64,000 nt of DNA from Octopus bimaculoides (taxonomy: Eukaryota): NCBI RefSeq assembly GCF_001194135.2, contig NC_068981.1, positions 139,016,510 to 139,080,509 of the forward strand. Direction: 5' to 3'. Below, piece by piece: positions 59,413 through 64,000 of the stretch. The position numbers were made by a program, and so were the translations under genes. How positions within the stretch are numbered: the first letter of the stretch is position 1; every line of letters begins with the position of its first letter. Under the pieces are notes generated by a model. The model was not told the origin of the DNA. It saw only the letters and a program-made list of their open reading frames with translations, and did no database searches.

Positions 59413-62146
59413 CTATCAGAAAAAGATACGAGAAATGGCAAGATTTGAAAAAAAAAATAACATTAAAAAATTTAATTTGAAAAGTAAATAACAAAGCAAA
59501 AAAAATGATGACTAACAAGTTTGAAGCAAAGACTGTTTCAGGAAACAACACACAGTGGAGTTAGCATAAGGAAGCCTTGACAAGGTTACTCAACTTGATA
59601 GACATAAACAGCAGCTAAATCTCCCTCAAATCATCATCATCATCGTTTAACGTCTGCCTTCCATGCTAGCATGGGTTGGACGATTTGACTGAGGACTGGT
59701 GCAACCGGATGGCTACACCAGGCTCCAATCTAATTTGGCAGAGTTTCTACAGCTGGATGCCCTTCCTAACGCCAACCACTCAGAGAGTGTAGTGGGTGCT
59801 TTTACGTGTCACTCGCACGAAAACGGCCACGCTCGAAATGGTGTCTTTTATGTGCCACCCGCACAAGAGCCAGTCCAGGGGNNNNNNNNNNNNNNNNNNN
59901 NNNNNNNNNNNNNNNNNNNNNNNNNNNNNNNNNNNNNNNNNNNNNNNNNNNNNNNNNNNNNNNNNNNNNNNNNNNNNNNNNNNNNNNNNNNNNNNNNNNN
60001 NNNNNNNNNNNNNNNNNNNNNNNNNNNNNNNNNNNNNNNNNNNNNNNNNNNNNNNNNNNNNNNNNNNNNNNNNNNNNNNNNNNNNNNNNNNNNNNNNNNN
60101 NNNNNNNNNNNNNNNNNNNNNNNNNNNNNNNNNNNNNNNNNNNNNNNNNNNNNNNNNNNNNNNNNNNNNNNNNNNNNNNNNNNNNNNNNNNNNNNNNNNN
60201 NNNNNNNNNNNNNNNNNNNNNNNNNNNNNNNNNNNNNNNNNNNNNNNNNNNNNNNNNNNNNNNNNNNNNNNNNNNNNNNNNNNNNNNNNNNNNNNNNNNN
60301 NNNNNNNNNNNNNNNNNNNNNNNNNNNNNNNNNNNNNNNNAAAAGCCTCATGTGTCACCCGCACAAGAGCCAGTCCAGGGGCACTGGCAACGATCCCGCT
60401 CGAAAGATTTCATGTGTCGCCCGCACACGAGCCAGTCCAGGGGGCACCGGCAACGACCTTGCTCGAAAAACCTCATGTGTCGCCTGGAAGCCGGCCCAGG
60501 GGCACCAATGTCCTTATATATTAAATAAAGAAGTGATATTAGTCCAACCCATGCTAGCATGGAAAGCAGGCATTAAACGATGATGGTGATATATTTGGTA
60601 ATTTCATGATAAAAAAACAAACAAAAAAACCCCCAAAACCTAGCATGGGTGTATGGTTAAGAAGTTCATTACCTAACCACATGGCAAGCAATTGACTTCT
60701 GCAGGAGCATCAGGATGACCAAAGCCTTGTGAGTGGATTTGGTAGATGGAAAATGAAAGAAGCCAATTGTATGTGTTTGTGCTTTCTAAATTTGACGGAT
60801 GTATGCAAGCATTACAAACAATATCCTTTATTATATGTCTGGTCAAGTAGAAATATCACTTTGCTTGAAAACAGGTGAAGGTTGGTGACAGGCCATAGAA
60901 AATCTGCCTCAACAAATTCCATCTGATCCACAAAAACATAGGAAAATGAATATTAGACATGATGATGGTCATGGAATGCTTTTGATTGCTCGATCAAAGT
61001 TGACTTCGGGTTAAGCGACGACAACAACAACAACGGTCTGCACAAGCTTTCTATTTTCCTTCTAATACCTTACTATTACTCTTTTACTCGTTTCAGTCAT
61101 TTGACTGTGGCCATGCTGGAGCACTGCCTTTAGTTGAGCAAATCGACCCCAGGACTTATTCTTTGTAAGCCTAGTACTTATTCTATCGGTCTCCTTTTGC
61201 TGAACCGCTAGGTTACGGAGATGTAAACACACCAGCATCGGTTGTCAAGTGATGATGGCAGGACAAACACAGACACACATGCATATATATATATATACAC
61301 ACATATATACGACGAGCTTCTTTCAGTTTCCGTCTACCAAATCAACTCACAAGGCTTTGGTCGGCCCGAGGCTATAGTAGAAGACACTTGCCCAAGGTGC
61401 CACGCAGTGGGACTGAACCCAGAACCATGTGGTTGGTAAGCAAGTTACTTACCACACAGCCACTCCTATGCCTATTGTTGAGTTTTCAATAAAAGTTCTA
61501 TCTATAAGTATTATATTGAGGATAAATTAACGAGCCAGAAGCTATTCTTTTTCCCACTTTTTTCTTAGCTTTTTTTAATTTTTTTTTTTTTTTTTACAAT
61601 TTTGTTAAAGGAGGGTCTGCAACACCTGTAATTTATATAGGTTGCTATGTTAGTTCTAATTGAGTAGTCCTAGGAACAAAAGTAATCTAGACATGAAAAC
61701 CCCATATTTTTGTATACCAGGGACTATATTATCTAATGTGCTTCTCGAGTGACTGTGTGCAACAGTGGATCTTAATTTTTTTGATTCCATGGTGGACTGA
61801 AGTGAAACATAGATGCATTTCAAAAGGAAAGTTAAAAAACTGTTTTAATCCTCACTGCGCTGATTAAATTTTTGTGTACTATGTTATCATCATCATCATC
61901 ATCGTTTAACATCCGCTTTCCATGCTAGCATGGGTTGGACGAATTGACTGAGGACTGGTGAACCAGATGGGTACACCAGGCTCCAATCTGATTTGGCAGA
62001 GTTTCTACAGCTGGATGCTCTTCCTAACGTTATACGAAATGTGAAGAATTCCACTATCAAAAATGAGCTAACTCTGTTCCTGCATTTCAAGTGCACATGC
62101 ACAGAACCAAGTATACTTGGTTCTTATGCAGTAAGGGTTAAGTTAA

Positions 62147-62367
62147 CTCTTTAGCATTAACATTGGGCATAGCTGGCCCAAATATTCAACCTGTTTTATG
62201 TTCAGGCTAGCAAGATTTGGCCTCTTACACCTATCTTACAATGTCACTTTAAAAATAAACAATCATATCATTGAAATCTTGAAGCTACAAGATAATGCAC
62301 TGATTAATTCAAAATAATGTGAATAAAAAATCATTACATTTGACAAAGAAATCTGAATGTGAAAGGG
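62147..62367. mobile_element. piggyBac-type MITE, uninterrupted copy
   Basis: TTAA-ctctttagcatt ... aatgtgaaaggg-TTAA. Confidence 0.8.
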
Positions 62368-62701
62368 TTAAAAATTTAGAGAAAAACAAAAAGCAACTAT
62401 TGCTTATCGTGTTAGTATGCTGGGTAAAATACTTAGAGGCATTGAGTTTGAATTCCACCAAGGGCGACTTTGTCTTCCATCCTTTTCAGGTTAATAAAAT
62501 AAATACCGATTGAGCACTGAAGTTGATGTCATCAACTTAGGCTCTTCCCTGAAACTGTTGGTCTTGTGCCAAAATTTGAAACCAATATTAATCATACATG
62601 TATTTCACAAAATTATGAATAACAAATTTCTTAAGACTGTCATTAGTATGGATTTTGCAAAATCCTTAAAAGAAAAGTTATGAATAATCTAGTTCTCTGA
62701 C

Positions 62702-62943
62702 CTTCATCATCGTAATCTTCCAGTCCATATTTCTCAACAATGTCGTCATCATCATCATCTACAAGATCCTCGTCATGTTTCCTTTTGCCTGGAACAGAGG
62801 TTTGTTTCTGCTGCGAAAGTCCTGAGGAACTTGGCTTGGGTTCCTCCTCTTCTGCTTTCTCTTCTTTGTCTTTTTTCTCCTCCTCATCACTAGTGTCGCT
62901 ATCTATATCTTCATTAGCTTCGATGTCAAGGGCATCAATTTCT
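62702..62943 (-). CDS. PWP1: PWP1, first exon visible in window: acidic N-terminal region (EIDALDIEANEDIDSDTSDEEE...DDIVEKYGLEDYDDE)
   Basis: YxLxxYDxE motif of the PWP1 N-terminus; tgtag acceptor, GTCAGA donor; phase 2 to 1. The upstream exon(s) with the start codon must lie beyond 64000. Confidence 0.88.
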
Positions 62944-63490
62944 CTACAAGAAAATTTTGTTTCAATTATTTAAGGAACCAACCCTCATCAAGCAGATCTA
63001 TAACCCAAGACATCCCACCTGTGACCACTCCATCTTTTTTCGAGTATTTAGAACAACATTAACTAATGTATTCTACCATTCTTCAATCCAAAATGGCAGA
63101 AAATTATTTGAAGTGGGTGGTCATGTCACTAAAATACATGTATATTTTATAAAGTTTAAAATATCAATTACATTTTCTGTGTTTATTATTACCATGTTTT
63201 ATTGTTTACTTGTTTCAGTCATTAGACTGTGGCGATGCTGGGGCACCACCTTGAAACTCTAGTCTGATTTGGCATGGTTTCTACGACTGGATTCTCTTCC
63301 TAATGCCAACCATTTTACAGAGTGTGCTGGGTGCTTTTAGGTGGCGCCACATGAGTGCATTAATGTGGTGCTGCATGGGCACTTTTACGTGGCACTGCAG
63401 AGACACATTTACCTGACATCACATGGGTGCTTTTACATGTCATGGTTAGAAAAACAAACAAATATATATAACTAATCAAGTTATTATTTT

Positions 63491-64000
63491 TGCAATACCA
63501 ACTTCAGGAAACCTGCCTGTCACCTAGTCACCTACCAATCCGGCAGACACTCTAGCCAAATCGACTACATCCTCACCAGAACTAGAGAAAGAGGGAGGCT
63601 TATAAATGCCAAAACCCTCCCTGGCGAAGAATGTACACCCCAACACAGATTAGTAGTTAGCGACTTCGAGATCAAGGAAATATGGGTGCCCAGAAGTAGA
63701 TCGGCCTGGGGGAGAAGGGTATGGAAACTTAAAGACCCTGCAAATGGACAGAGATTTAGAGACAAGTTACTTGAAGCATTTGACGAAATAGAAGGGGATA
63801 TAGCATCATACAACGTGGAAGACAATTGGAGATTTCTGCGGGACAACCTGTTGAGAGCCACAGACCAGATCTGTGGCTGGTGTAAAGTCCCCTCTCGACC
63901 CAGAGTAACGTGGTGGTGGAACAAGGATGTAGACGGGGCTATTAGACAAAAGAAACAGGCTTGGAAGGACTGGAAGAATGGTGGTAGCAGGGAATTGTAC
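63491..64000 (+). mobile_element. RTE-clade LINE ORF fragment (APE C-terminus and linker), open to the window edge
   Basis: 170 codons without a stop: NTNFRKPACHLVTYQSGRHSSQIDYIL...EECTPQHRLVVSDF...TWWWNKDV; QIDYIL and QHRLVV are APE motifs. Missed by the ORF track because there is no upstream ATG. Confidence 0.93.

Noticed and set aside
3525-60583. Many long ORFs in the track containing X runs (e.g. 30634-31305, 41064-41909, 54683-55666, 59699-60583)
   Set aside because: They are open only because they span N gaps.
62740-62973. Ser-rich + strand ORF
   Set aside because: Antisense shadow of the acidic PWP1 exon.
63565-63924. 119-aa minus-strand ORF
   Set aside because: Antisense shadow of the RTE ORF on the + strand.

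Overview
AT-rich animal genomic DNA with many N gaps. The repeat content (RTE LINE, GAT-tailed RTE 3' elements, several tRNA-headed SINEs, long (TA)n runs) suggests an Octopus draft assembly; this is an inference. Two intron-rich housekeeping genes lie tail to tail. CDC37 (Hsp90 kinase co-chaperone) is complete on the + strand: 11 exons, 5424-40777, 368 aa, all exon phases consistent, with a 15.3 kb first intron. PWP1 (WD40 periodic tryptophan protein 1) is on the - strand: 12 well-supported exons from 62943 down to 42873, an unresolved last exon, and a first exon beyond the window end. The ORF track misses most exons and is dominated by N-run and microsatellite artefacts. Introns and the upstream region contain RTE, Jockey/I-like and RLE-type (R4/Dong-like) LINE fragments, a Helitron helicase remnant, hAT- and piggyBac-type MITEs, foldback elements and dozens of SINEs. 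The most interesting signals are two type I hammerhead-ribozyme motifs, each sense to its host pre-mRNA (CDC37 intron 6 and a PWP1 intron), and a set of hairpin elements with TTAGGG cores. All structures were read by eye; nothing was computed or searched.
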